Assembly: GCA_943787795.1 (NCBI GenBank)
Contig: CALSNU010000001.1
Coordinates: 1,376,001 to 1,440,000, forward strand
From: an uncultured bacterium
Lineage (GTDB): Bacteria > Planctomycetota > UBA1135 > GCA-002686595
DNA length: 64,000 nt
Direction: 5' to 3'
The notes under the pieces were generated by a model. The model saw only the letters and a list, made by a program, of their open reading frames with translations, was not told the origin of the DNA and did no database searches. Position numbers and translations under genes: made by a program. Position 1 is the first letter of the stretch. Each line of letters opens with the position of its first letter. Positions 1-9,461 of the stretch are shown in pieces.

Positions 1-333
1 GAGGTCTTCCTGCACACCCCGGTCACGGCCGCAGATGGCGGCTTCGAGGGCTTCGGGATCGTCTACCTGGAGGCGGCGGCGGCCGGGACGGTGGCCATCG
101 GGACCCTCGACTCGGGCGCCGAGGACGCCATCGTGGACGGCGATTCGGGGTGCCTGGTGGCGCAGGAGGCGGACGCCGTCGAGTCGGCGCTGCGTGAGGT
201 CCTCTCGGACGACGGCCTGCGCTCGCGGCTCGCCGCGGGCGCGCGCGCCCACGCGGCGGCCTCCTCATGGGACGAGAACGCCCGGCGCGTCCTGGAGATC
301 TACGACGCCGTCGCAGGTGGGGGGGCGAAATGA
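1..333 (+). CDS. GT4 glycosyltransferase, C-terminal part (5' truncated by window edge)
   Basis: Frame 1 is open from base 1 and reads EVFLHTP...EGFGIVYLEAAAAG...SWDENARRVLEIY, the GT4 E-x7-E motif; stop at 331-333. Confidence 0.85.
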   Translation, partial: EVFLHTPVTAADGGFEGFGIVYLEAAAAGTVAIGTLDSGAEDAIVDGDSGCLVAQEADAVESALREVLSDDGLRSRLAAGARAHAAASSWDENARRVLEIYDAVAGGGAK

Positions 334-1580
334 ACGTCCTCTTCTTCTGCGAGATCGCCGACCCCGGCGTGGGCTCCAGCGTGCGGCAGATGTACGGCCT
401 CGCCCGGGAGCTCCGGGCACGGGGGCACAAGACGGCGGTGGTGGCCACGGTCCGAGAGGCCGCGGACGCCACGCCGACGGTGATCGAGGGCATGACGGTC
501 TTCCGGCTGCACTCGGACTATCCGCTGCGCTGGAGGGGCTGGGTGTCCCTCCGCAATCGCGCCATCGAGCGGCCCCTCGCCGCCGTGCTGGGGGAGTTCC
601 GGCCGGACGTTGTCCACGCCCACCTGGTGCACACGCACCTGGGGTACCACTCCTTGACCATGGCGAAGCAGGCGGGGGCGCGGGTGATCTTCACCTCCCA
701 CGACGCCATGACGTTCTGCTATCAGAAGCTCACCTGTTTCCACGGCGGCGAGGCGCACGGCGGCGAGCTGGATGACGTGGTCGCCCGGGCGAGCAAGTGC
801 ATCCCGTGCCAGCGCTTCCGCTTCCGCCCGGGCCGCAATCGACGCATCAAGGAGGTGCTGGAGCGGGACGTGGACCGCGTGACGGTCGTGTCCGATGAGC
901 TGGGGCGCGTGATGCGGGCCAACGGGCTCCCCGTCCACCGGACCGTGCACAACGCGCTGGAGCTCAGCGAGGCCCCGGAGGCTGCGGCGGTGGAGGCGTT
1001 CCGCTCACGCCACGGCCTCACGGGCTGCCAGGTGCTGGCGATCGGCGGCCGGCTTCACGAGCAGAAGGGCGTGGGCAAGCTGCTGGAGATGCTGGCGCTC
1101 CTCCGCCCCGAGTTCCCAGGGGTGCGGCTCATCGTGATGGGCCGCCGGGAGACCTACGACGGCGAGTTCAGGCCCCATGCGGCGAGCCTCGGTGTGGAGG
1201 ACCTGGTGGTCCCCACCGGCTGGCTGGGCCCCGAGGAGCTGCCGCTCGCCTACGCCGCCGCGGACGTCTTCGTGACGCCCTCCCTGTGCTTCGACACCTT
1301 CGGGATCGTGAACCTCGAGGCCATGGAGCAGCGCCGGCCGGTGGTGGCCACCCGCTTTGGCGGGTCCATGGAGGTCGTGGAGGACGGGGTCTCGGGCTTC
1401 ATCGAGAACCCATTTGATGTCCCCGCCTACGCGGAGCGCATCGCGGGCCTCCTGCGGGACGGCGAGCTGCGGACGAGGATGGGGGAGGCCGGGCGTGCGG
1501 CGCTCGTGGAGCGGTTCTCCATGGGGAGGCTCGCCGACGAGTTCCTGGACGAGTACACGGCCAGCGAAGCGCCCCAGTGA
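330..1580 (+). CDS. GT4 family glycosyltransferase
   Basis: ATG at 330 overlaps the upstream stop (ATGA); RPDVVHAH, EQKGV and DTFGIVNLEAM motifs. Confidence 0.9.
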   Translation: MNVLFFCEIADPGVGSSVRQMYGLARELRARGHKTAVVATVREAADATPTVIEGMTVFRLHSDYPLRWRGWVSLRNRAIERPLAAVLGEFRPDVVHAHLVHTHLGYHSLTMAKQAGARVIFTSHDAMTFCYQKLTCFHGGEAHGGELDDVVARASKCIPCQRFRFRPGRNRRIKEVLERDVDRVTVVSDELGRVMRANGLPVHRTVHNALELSEAPEAAAVEAFRSRHGLTGCQVLAIGGRLHEQKGVGKLLEMLALLRPEFPGVRLIVMGRRETYDGEFRPHAASLGVEDLVVPTGWLGPEELPLAYAAADVFVTPSLCFDTFGIVNLEAMEQRRPVVATRFGGSMEVVEDGVSGFIENPFDVPAYAERIAGLLRDGELRTRMGEAGRAALVERFSMGRLADEFLDEYTASEAPQ

Positions 1581-1798
1581 CGTGTCAGGCCGTCGCAGGG
1601 TAGGCCCTGCGTGCATCAACCTGGGAACTCACCGCTCCTGGGGCGTGAATAAGCCGATACTCGGTACGAGTCCAGAGTGTCGACGGCTCTCTCCTGAGCG
1701 TCGTAGACTTCAGCCCCATCCCATCGGTTGGAGTTGAGGCTCTCCCGGCCTCCAGGATATTCCTTATCGCCCGCGCCACCCCGCAGGGGTCGCCCACG

Positions 1799-3205
1799 AT
1801 GCAGAAGACACTTCTCACCTACGTCAAGCCGCACGTCCAAGAGGATCCCCTTTCGATGATCCTCGGCATCGGCTACCTCGGCGCCCAGATGGAGCGCGAG
1901 GGACTCCCGATCGCCCTGCATGACGAGCGCATCGGCACCGACCAGGAGATGAAGGCCGCGATCGACGCCAATGACATCATCGGCTTCAGCGCGCTGACCC
2001 CGAACATCCGCCGCGCGATCGCCTGGGCGAAGTACGCCAAGGAGCAGGGCAAGACCACCGTCATGGGTGGACCGCACGCCTCGGTAGACCAGGGCGTCTT
2101 CCTCGACAGCGGCCACTTCGACTACGTCCTCAAGGGCGAGGCGGAGCACACCCTCCCGCAGCTCATCCGCGGGATCGAGGGCAACGATGACAAGGCGCTC
2201 CAGGATGTGGCGGGGCTCGCCTCCATGCGTGAGGGCGAGCTCTGGGTGGACAACCCCGCGCCGCCGCTCATCAAGAAGCTCGACGAGCTCCCGATTCCCG
2301 CCCGGCACCTCCTGCCGATGGAGTCGTACTTCAAGAACAACCCCGAGCACCTCTGCTACATCTTCACCACGCGCGGATGCCCCTTCAAGTGCATCTTCTG
2401 CCAGAAGGAGCTCACGGGCCGCGGCTTCCGGGTCCGCTCGACCGAGGCGATCGTCGACGAGCTCGAGCACATCATCAAGACCTACGACCCGGGCGTGATC
2501 CTGTTCGTCGATGAGATCCTCACGCTCAGGAAGAAGCGCATCCACGAGATGTGCGACGAGATCATCCGCCGCGGGCTGAAGTTCGAGTGGGTCGCCAACA
2601 CGCGCGCCGACTGCGTGGACTACCCGCTGCTCAAGCACATGCACCGCGCCGGCTGCCGCCGGATCTACTACGGCTGGGAGTCCGGCTCCCAGCGCATGCT
2701 GGACGTGCTCAAGAAGGACCTCACCCCCGAGGTGATCGTCAACGCCGCCAAGATGACCCGCCGCGCGGGCATCTGGGCCAAGGTCTACCTGATCGTGGGT
2801 TCGCCCGGCGAGACGCCTCAGGACGTGGCGGAGACCGAGAAGGTCCTCCGGCTCGCCGGCCCGGACCTGATCCGGATCTCGGTGTTCAACCCGCTGATCG
2901 GCACCGAGTCCTGGGACAACTACCAGGCCTCCATCGACATCTCCGACCTGTCGGAGAACTACGTGTCGTCCAACCGCTCCGGCTACAAGCACGAGCACTT
3001 CAGCCAGATCGAGCTGGAGGAGCTGCGCAAGCGCATGGTCCGCTCCTACGAGCAGTGGTACTACTCGATGCCGCAGCGCCTGCGCCGGGTCTACGAGCGC
3101 GCGCTCTACTACATCGAGAACCCGCAGCACGGACGCAAGCGCGTCGGTCGCGCGGTGGGCCTCGTGCCCGCGCCCCAGCGTCACGTCGTGACGAGCCACC
3201 ACTGA
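1799..3205 (+). CDS. B12-binding domain radical SAM protein (class B methyltransferase-like)
   Basis: N-terminal GGPHAS / GEAE cobalamin-binding motifs, then TRGCPFKCIFC (CxxxCxxC) and GWESGSQRML. Confidence 0.9.
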   Translation: MQKTLLTYVKPHVQEDPLSMILGIGYLGAQMEREGLPIALHDERIGTDQEMKAAIDANDIIGFSALTPNIRRAIAWAKYAKEQGKTTVMGGPHASVDQGVFLDSGHFDYVLKGEAEHTLPQLIRGIEGNDDKALQDVAGLASMREGELWVDNPAPPLIKKLDELPIPARHLLPMESYFKNNPEHLCYIFTTRGCPFKCIFCQKELTGRGFRVRSTEAIVDELEHIIKTYDPGVILFVDEILTLRKKRIHEMCDEIIRRGLKFEWVANTRADCVDYPLLKHMHRAGCRRIYYGWESGSQRMLDVLKKDLTPEVIVNAAKMTRRAGIWAKVYLIVGSPGETPQDVAETEKVLRLAGPDLIRISVFNPLIGTESWDNYQASIDISDLSENYVSSNRSGYKHEHFSQIELEELRKRMVRSYEQWYYSMPQRLRRVYERALYYIENPQHGRKRVGRAVGLVPAPQRHVVTSHH

Positions 3206-3245
3206 GCGCGGCGGGCGAGCCGCGCAAGGCTCGCACGGGAACGAA

Positions 3246-3281
3246 ACGGGCGGCCCCGCAGATCACTGCGGGGCCGCCCGT
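3246..3281. terminator. Strong hairpin between convergent genes, likely bidirectional terminator
   Basis: Perfect 16-bp stem ACGGGCGGCCCCGCAG-ATCA-CTGCGGGGCCGCCCGT with AA upstream and GTT downstream. Confidence 0.7.
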
Positions 3282-3382
3282 GTTGATGTGGCGGTCGCTG
3301 CGGGGCGACCTCTGCGGGCCCGGCCGTCGGTGCCCCCGGCCGTCGGTGGAGCTAGGCCCCAATGGGGCGTGCGCTCGAGCGA

Positions 3383-5050
3383 TCAGCCGAGCCGCGCGGC
3401 CACGCCGTCGACCAAGGCTTGCTCTCTGCGCCGGGCCTCTTCCTCCATGGCCCCGGCCTCGGCGAGGAACCGGGCCTTGGCGGCCTCATCGGTCAGGTCC
3501 TGAGCATTGATGCGCACGTTCAAGCCCGCGCCGAGCACGGCCGTCCGGGTGCAGAGGGCGCCCACGGCAGCGTCCGACAGGGAGGCCTCCATGCCCTTCT
3601 CTGCCATGGCCTCGCAGATCCCCATCGCGTCGAGGGAGGTACGCATGACGCGCAAGGGGACCTCGATGGCGTAGCGGGTGGCGTCCTGGATCGCCGCGGC
3701 GCGCTGGGCCTCGTCGGCCTTCCAAGCGGCCATGATCCGGTTGAAGGCCTCCGTGTCCTCGTCCACGAGCTCCAGCAGGGTGTCGTGGCAGCGCTTGCCG
3801 GCCACGGCGACCTCGGAGAACTCCTCCCAGCGGTCGTCCCAGCCGCGCTTGTGGCTGGAGAGGTTGGCGACCATGGTCCCGAGGGCCGCGCCGAGGGCGC
3901 CCACCGCAGCGGCCACCGAGCCGCCGCCAGGGGCCGGGGACTCGGAGGCGGTCTCGTGGACGATCTCCTCCACGGTCATGTCCACGAGGCGCTTGCGGGC
4001 GCCGTCGCGGATCGCGTACTCGATGACTCGCTTGCTCGGGTCGAAGGGACTGAGCTCGTCGAGCCCCATGGTGCGGACGGCGATCTTGATCAGCTCGGCG
4101 TCGCTCACGCCCAGCGAGCGGCCCTGCTTGGCGAGGTAGTGACGGCCCGCATCGAGCAGGACGGCGAGGGGCACGAGGCCGACGATCTCCGAGCCGGTGA
4201 CCCGGATGCCGCGGGCGGCGGCGCGCGCCTCGCAGGCGTCGAAGGCCAGGTGGACCGGGGTCACCGAGAGGTCGGTGAGGTTCATGGAGATCTGAGCCAC
4301 CCCGTACTCCTCGATGAACCAGCCGATGCCCTTGCATGCCTTGAGCAGCCCGGGCTGCCACACGGGGTCGCCGGCGGCGTCGCGCACCACCTCGCCAGTG
4401 AGCGGGTCCGGCTCGCGCTTGATGCGCCCCTTCTCCCGCACGTCGAAGGCGATGGCGTTGGCGCGCCTCGACGAGGTGGTGTTCAGGTTGACGTTGTAGG
4501 CCACGAGGAAGTCGCGGGCGCTCACGGCGGTGGCCCCGGTCCTCGGCTGGAACGTGGCGGGCCCGAAGTCGGGCTTCCACTCTTCGGTGCCCACGCGCGC
4601 CGCGAGGCCCTCGTACTCACCGGCGCGAACCACCGCCAGGTTGCGACGCCCCTCGGAGAAGGCCGCGTTCTCGTAGCAGTAGATGGTCAGGCCGACCTCC
4701 TCGCCGAGCCGCCGGGCGAGGGTGCGAGCGTGCTCGACCGTCTCCTCCATGGTGATCCCCGAGACCGGCACCAGGGGGCAGACGTCCATGCCGCCGAAGC
4801 GCGGGTGCTCGCCGCTGTGGCTCGACATGTCGATCCGCTCGGCGCCGACCCTGGCGGCCTGGACGGCGGCCTCGATGACCGGCTCGGGTTCACCGACGAA
4901 GGTGAACACCGTGCGGTTGGTGGCCTTGCCCGGGTCCACGTCGAGGAGTGTGACCCCGTCCACGGCGCGGACGGCGCTCGAGATGGCCTCGAGGACCGCA
5001 GGGTCGCGACCCTCCGAGAAGTTGGGGACGCATTCGATGAGCTTGGCCAT
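3383..5050 (-). CDS. ftcD: Bifunctional glutamate formiminotransferase / formiminotetrahydrofolate cyclodeaminase
   Basis: Starts MAKLIECVPNFSEGR; HPRFGGMDVCP; C-terminal SPAPGGGSVAA cyclodeaminase domain. Confidence 0.93.
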   Translation of the reverse strand: MAKLIECVPNFSEGRDPAVLEAISSAVRAVDGVTLLDVDPGKATNRTVFTFVGEPEPVIEAAVQAARVGAERIDMSSHSGEHPRFGGMDVCPLVPVSGITMEETVEHARTLARRLGEEVGLTIYCYENAAFSEGRRNLAVVRAGEYEGLAARVGTEEWKPDFGPATFQPRTGATAVSARDFLVAYNVNLNTTSSRRANAIAFDVREKGRIKREPDPLTGEVVRDAAGDPVWQPGLLKACKGIGWFIEEYGVAQISMNLTDLSVTPVHLAFDACEARAAARGIRVTGSEIVGLVPLAVLLDAGRHYLAKQGRSLGVSDAELIKIAVRTMGLDELSPFDPSKRVIEYAIRDGARKRLVDMTVEEIVHETASESPAPGGGSVAAAVGALGAALGTMVANLSSHKRGWDDRWEEFSEVAVAGKRCHDTLLELVDEDTEAFNRIMAAWKADEAQRAAAIQDATRYAIEVPLRVMRTSLDAMGICEAMAEKGMEASLSDAAVGALCTRTAVLGAGLNVRINAQDLTDEAAKARFLAEAGAMEEEARRREQALVDGVAARLG

Positions 5051-5240
5051 TTCGGTGCAGGGTCGCCCAGGTGGGCGCGATGGGGGGCCGCCGGGAGGGG
5101 CGGTGGGGCGGAGAGTCCGACCCGCGGGCGCGGGGCGGGCGACCGTTCTATCAGACCGATCCCGGCGCGTCTCGCCGGTAGGTGCGGTCGAACTCACCTT
5201 CGGACCGCTACCATCTCGACACGGCCACGCCCGACGATCC

Positions 5241-6326
5241 ATGACCCAGCCTGATTCTTCCGCAAGCTTCCGCTCCGCATCCACCGAGGACCGGGAGGCG
5301 CAGGCCGCCCTGTTCGACCGCTGCTTCAGTCGTGAGGACGGAGGGGAGGTGCTCCCCTGGCGCTACGACCAGGGGCCCCACGGGGCGGCGCTCACCACCG
5401 TCGTGGACGGGGATGAGGGCCTGCTGGCCAGCTACGCCTGCGGCCCGCGTCGCCTCGCGGGGGACCGCGAGGTGCTCGTGGGGGAGACGGGGGACGTCAT
5501 GACCGCCCCCGATGCCCGCGGCGGTGGCCTCTTCTCAGGGCTCGACCGGGCCACCATGGCGGCCGCCCGGGACGCCGGCTGGCCCGTGGTCTTCGGGCTA
5601 CCCAACCGCGCCTCGGCCCACATCTTCGTCCGGGACCTCGGGTGGGAGGAGGTCGGCCAGCTGCGCCCCTGGACGTTCGTCCTCGTGGGGGACGCGGGAG
5701 CCAGGGCTGAGCGGATGAAGGTCAGCCGCCTGGCGGCGGCCACGGTGGCCTGGACCGCGTGGCGAGGGACCATGGCCCGCGGGCGCCTGCGCAAGCGCTT
5801 CTTCGCGCGCTGCAACGTCGTGCCCATCGCGCGCTTCAAGCCCGAGGCCGACGCGGTCGCCGAGGCGGTCGCCGCGCGGCACCCCTGGTTCATCCGTCGG
5901 GACCACGAGTACATGAACTGGCGCTTCGTGGACGCGCCCTCCGGCCGGTTCCGATGCCACGGCGTCTACCAGCCGGACGGGAGCATGTGCGGGTGGTGCG
6001 TCGTGCAGCTGCCGGAGCGCGGTGAGACCGCGGGCTACGTGGTGGACCTCGTGGCCGTCGACGACGTGGCCTTTGCAGCCGCCCTCGAGGCCGGGCTCGG
6101 GCACCTGCGCAAGGCCGGCGCCTCCGTGGCGCGGGCCCACGCGGTCGTGGGGTCGGGCTGGGAACAGGAGCTCAAGGGCTCCGGCTTCCGGCCCTCCAAG
6201 GCCGACGACGTCCGACCCATCATTATGCACGTCCTGGACGAGGGGCACCCGATCTCTGAGGTGGCGCGGCAGCCGTCGAAGTGGTTCTGGACCGACGCGG
6301 ACCGTGACGCGGAGTTGATCGGCTGA
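5241..6326 (+). CDS. GNAT family acyltransferase (EPS-locus type)
   Basis: WRY..GPHG, GDVMTAPDARGGGLF (acyl-CoA motif A), VFGLPN, RDHEYMNWRF. Confidence 0.8.
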   Translation: MTQPDSSASFRSASTEDREAQAALFDRCFSREDGGEVLPWRYDQGPHGAALTTVVDGDEGLLASYACGPRRLAGDREVLVGETGDVMTAPDARGGGLFSGLDRATMAAARDAGWPVVFGLPNRASAHIFVRDLGWEEVGQLRPWTFVLVGDAGARAERMKVSRLAAATVAWTAWRGTMARGRLRKRFFARCNVVPIARFKPEADAVAEAVAARHPWFIRRDHEYMNWRFVDAPSGRFRCHGVYQPDGSMCGWCVVQLPERGETAGYVVDLVAVDDVAFAAALEAGLGHLRKAGASVARAHAVVGSGWEQELKGSGFRPSKADDVRPIIMHVLDEGHPISEVARQPSKWFWTDADRDAELIG

Positions 6327-6337
6327 CCGCCGGCGTC

Positions 6338-7423
6338 GTGGGTCTCAAGCACCGGATCAAGGCGGGCCTGCGCGGCCTGTACGCCCGTGTCCTTTGGGGC
6401 ACGGGGCTGCACCGGGTTGTGGACCGATTCTCCCGGCCGCGTCTGCTCGTGCTCTATGGTCACTGCGTCGATCAGCCGAGGACCAACGGCTCCCTCGACG
6501 CGGACATGAAGATCTCAGGGGCCCGCCTCGAGAAGATCCTCGAGACGCTGGGTCGAAGGCACGACCTGGTGACCCTTGGTGAGGGGCTCGAGCGGTTGCG
6601 CAGCGGGCGCGCCGGTCGCTCGATGGTCGCCCTGACCATGGACGACGGGTACCGCGACAACCTCCACGACCTGGTGCCGCTGCTCGAGCGCACGGGGGCG
6701 CGCGCGACGGTCTTCCTCGAGGGAGGCGCCGTGGCCTCGCGCGAGCTCCCCTGGCTCCACGCGCTCGGGTGGCTCGTGGGCCGGCTCGGGGCGACCGAGG
6801 CAGCCGCTCAGGTCGCGGCCAGCCTCGGAGAGGTGCCGGGATCACCGGTTGGCGTCACGGATGCGGGGACGCTGAAGCGCCGGCTCAAGTACGACGCGGA
6901 CCCCGACCGTCGGGACGCGGCGCTGCAGGCGCTGGTCGAGGCGGAGGGAGGAGACCCCGTGCAGATCGTCGACGACCTCTACCTCTCCATGGACGAGGCC
7001 CGGGCGCTGGCAGCGGCCGGCCCCGTGGAGGTGGGCGGGCATACGGCGCATCACCCGGTCCTCGCGAGGCTCGGCGTGGACGCTCAGGAGCGTGAGATCT
7101 CGGGCGGCGCCGCCCTGCTCAGGGAGCTTCTCGACGAGGAGGTCTCCGAGGAGGGCCGGGCGCCCCTCGGGGCCTCGGGGCACGCGTTCGCCTACCCCTA
7201 CGGTCGGCGCTGGGACATCGGTGAGCACAGCCCTGGCGTGGTCGCGGCCGCAGGATACACCTGCGCCGTCACGACCCATGCGGGGGTCAACCATCGGTCG
7301 ACCGATCCGTACCTGCTCAAGCGCTGGCCGATCCACGACGGCACGAGGCTGCACGAGGTGGGTGTGGAGGCCTCGGGCGGCTTCGAGCTGCTGCGCCGTC
7401 TCGGGATCGACCTCGTGGAGTGA
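6338..7423 (+). CDS. Polysaccharide deacetylase (CE4/NodB-like)
   Basis: TMDDGYRDN, GHTAHHPVL (HxxxH) and FAYPYG motifs. Confidence 0.9.
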   Translation: MGLKHRIKAGLRGLYARVLWGTGLHRVVDRFSRPRLLVLYGHCVDQPRTNGSLDADMKISGARLEKILETLGRRHDLVTLGEGLERLRSGRAGRSMVALTMDDGYRDNLHDLVPLLERTGARATVFLEGGAVASRELPWLHALGWLVGRLGATEAAAQVAASLGEVPGSPVGVTDAGTLKRRLKYDADPDRRDAALQALVEAEGGDPVQIVDDLYLSMDEARALAAAGPVEVGGHTAHHPVLARLGVDAQEREISGGAALLRELLDEEVSEEGRAPLGASGHAFAYPYGRRWDIGEHSPGVVAAAGYTCAVTTHAGVNHRSTDPYLLKRWPIHDGTRLHEVGVEASGGFELLRRLGIDLVE

Positions 7424-7476
7424 ACACGTGGAGTGAACTCGTGGAGTGACCTCGTGGAGTGAACGCGGGGAGTGAA
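7412..7476. repeat. 13-bp tandem repeat x5 (CTCGTGGAGTGAA consensus) starting at the deacetylase stop codon
   Basis: Units at 7412, 7425, 7438, 7451 and 7464 with 0-2 mismatches each. Confidence 0.9.
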
Positions 7477-7525
7477 CTCGCAGACTCAAGGCGCGGAGCG
7501 AGGCGCTATATCCCACCGGGCGGGG

Positions 7526-7585
7526 CCACACCGCGCTGGACCACACCGCGCTGGACCACACCGCGCTGGACCACACCGCGCGGAC
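7526..7585. repeat. 15-bp tandem repeat x~4 (CCACACCGCGCTGGA)
   Basis: Three perfect copies plus one degenerate copy, intergenic. Confidence 0.9.
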
Positions 7586-7656
7586 GGACAGCGCGTCGTC
7601 AGCCGGGAGAAGAATCCTCGGGTGACGCCCCGACTCGGATCCGCAAATCGCCCGCC

Positions 7657-7785
7657 TCAGTGGGTCTCGTACCCGTCGGGGCCGGAGTAGGCCCCGCCGC
7701 CCGAGGTGTAGAGGTAGACGGCCGCGGCCACGAACACCGCCACGGGGACGGCGATCCAGATCCAGTTCTCGCGAAGAAAGCGCAT
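7657..7785 (-). CDS. 42-aa single-TM microprotein, divergent SxtK/DUF5989-like (absent from ORF track)
   Basis: Manual translation MRFLRENWIWIAVPVAVFVAAAVYLYTSGGGAYSGPDGYETH*; GC3-rich host-like codons; TACTGT -10-like hexamer upstream. Confidence 0.75.
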   Translation of the reverse strand: MRFLRENWIWIAVPVAVFVAAAVYLYTSGGGAYSGPDGYETH

Positions 7786-7858
7786 AGGGTGGGGGTCTCG
7801 GTGAGAGCCACCACAGTATCCCCGGCTCGGGCGCCTGGTGGGGATACACTGCTGGCAG

Positions 7859-8986
7859 ATGAAGCGGATCCTGTCTCGACTTGCCCTCTCCGCGGGGGTC
7901 TTTCTCGCCCTGCTCGGTGGTACGGAAGTGGTGCTGCGCGCCCAGGGCTATGGGGCCATCCCCTCCGTGTGGTTCGATCCAGAGGTCGGCACGCGCTTCC
8001 ACCCCGGCCAGACCCGCCAGATCCTCGCCGCCGGCGGCGTCTTCATGCACTCGGCTGAGATCAACGACCTCGGCTTCCGCGGCCGACTGCCGGACCCCGA
8101 GCTCGACGGCGACGGCGGCCTGCGCCTGGTCTGCCTGGGCGACTCGTTCACCTTCGGCTGGGGCGTCGAGGACGCAGACACCTACCCCGTGCAGCTTGAG
8201 GCTGCCCTCGAGGAGCTCCTGGCAGCCCGCGCTGCCGGTGATACGGCGGACTCCGGGCCGCGGCGGAGCCCCGTCGGTGCAGAGGTGCTGAACGTCGGGC
8301 TGCCCGGCTACAACACCTGGCAGGAGCATCGGCTCTACGAGAAGCTCGTTCGACCGATGGCTCCGGATGTGGTGGTCCTGGGTTGGTACCTGAACGACCT
8401 CGACCCGCTGAGCTACGGGGTGACCGGCACCCTGGCGCCCCTCGATCACCCGCTGGCGGGCACCGCGCTGCTGGACTACTGGGTCCGCAAGCTCCGCAAG
8501 AAGTACCCCAAGTTCGAGTTCGAGGGCTTCGACCAGGCGGCCGCGCAGGAGATCAAGCCGTACTACGACAAGAACCGGCCGCTGGTGGAGCACAACAGCG
8601 GCCACCCGGAGGCGAGGCCCTACGTGGAGCGCAACCTCGCGGACCTCGGCGCCCTGCTCGATGACATCAAGGCCGACGGGGTGACCCCCGTGCTGACCAT
8701 CTTCCCGTCGGTGGGCCAGGTCGACGCTCTCAAGGCGGCGCGGGCCGACAAGCCCGCCGCGGAGTACGAGGCGGACCTCGCGATCATCGCGCGCATCCAG
8801 CGCGACCTGACCGAGTTCGTCGGCCTCAAGGGGGTCGCCGTCGTGGACCTCCTCGTGCCGTTCATGGACAGCGAGGTTCGGCCCTACGGTGAGGTGGACC
8901 AGAGCCACCCCAGTGTGCACGGGTACGGGATCGCCGCATGGGCCGTGCTCGAGGCGCTCGTGGCGGGCGGCCTGCTCGACCGCTGA
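7859..8986 (+). CDS. Membrane-anchored SGNH/GDSL family protein
   Basis: N-terminal TM helix; LGDSFTFG, NVGLPGY, YLND and DQSHPS blocks. Confidence 0.88.
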   Translation: MKRILSRLALSAGVFLALLGGTEVVLRAQGYGAIPSVWFDPEVGTRFHPGQTRQILAAGGVFMHSAEINDLGFRGRLPDPELDGDGGLRLVCLGDSFTFGWGVEDADTYPVQLEAALEELLAARAAGDTADSGPRRSPVGAEVLNVGLPGYNTWQEHRLYEKLVRPMAPDVVVLGWYLNDLDPLSYGVTGTLAPLDHPLAGTALLDYWVRKLRKKYPKFEFEGFDQAAAQEIKPYYDKNRPLVEHNSGHPEARPYVERNLADLGALLDDIKADGVTPVLTIFPSVGQVDALKAARADKPAAEYEADLAIIARIQRDLTEFVGLKGVAVVDLLVPFMDSEVRPYGEVDQSHPSVHGYGIAAWAVLEALVAGGLLDR

Positions 8987-9125
8987 TCCTCCGCGGCGGA
9001 GACCTCTCTCCGGCGGTGGCCACCCCGCGGCGGCGGCTCCCCCGATCCTGCGGCTACTCCGATGCGGTGACACTGCCGATCCGGCGCCACTGCCGATCCG
9101 GTGGGGCTGGCACGATGGAGGGCCC

Positions 9126-9461
9126 TCAGCGGGGCCGCAGGAGCGACCCGTGCATCCGGGTCACGAAGTCACCGACCTCGGCCGAGCTGGACTCGAGGTG
9201 GCTCGTGAGCTCCTCCAATGGGCGCTCCTCCCAGTAGCCACGCAGGATCAGGGCGTGCATGGCCTGGACCTGGGTGCGCGGGTCGTCCGGGGTCCGTGCC
9301 CGCTCGAGGAGCTCCTCTGTGGTGGGGGCGCCACTCAGGCCCAGGGTGATCGTGATCGCCGCGGCGGCGCCCAGCCCCAGGGCGAGCAGCCACTGCACCG
9401 GGCCCTCGCCGTGCGGCTCGCTTGGGGCGACCTGACCTTGAGGGTCGTCTTCGGGGCTCAT
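9126..9461 (-). CDS. Hypothetical single-TM protein (111 aa)
   Basis: MSPEDDPQ...WLLALGLGAAAAITITLGL...; ATG overlaps the stop of the upstream GT-C gene (TGATG). Confidence 0.6.
   Translation of the reverse strand: MSPEDDPQGQVAPSEPHGEGPVQWLLALGLGAAAAITITLGLSGAPTTEELLERARTPDDPRTQVQAMHALILRGYWEERPLEELTSHLESSSAEVGDFVTRMHGSLLRPR

Noticed and set aside
1581..1798. Cobalamin riboswitch upstream of the B12 radical SAM gene
   Set aside because: I could not find the conserved B12-box elements by eye; an Rfam scan would be decisive.
7412..7585. CRISPR array (also considered for 40781-40876 and 50846-51014)
   Set aside because: Units are 13-16 bp and directly adjacent with no unique spacers; no cas genes in the window.
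7459..8058. ORFs with WTTPR / AGPHR / AVWSS peptide repeats
   Set aside because: These are translations of the 15-bp intergenic minisatellite and overlap better-supported genes.
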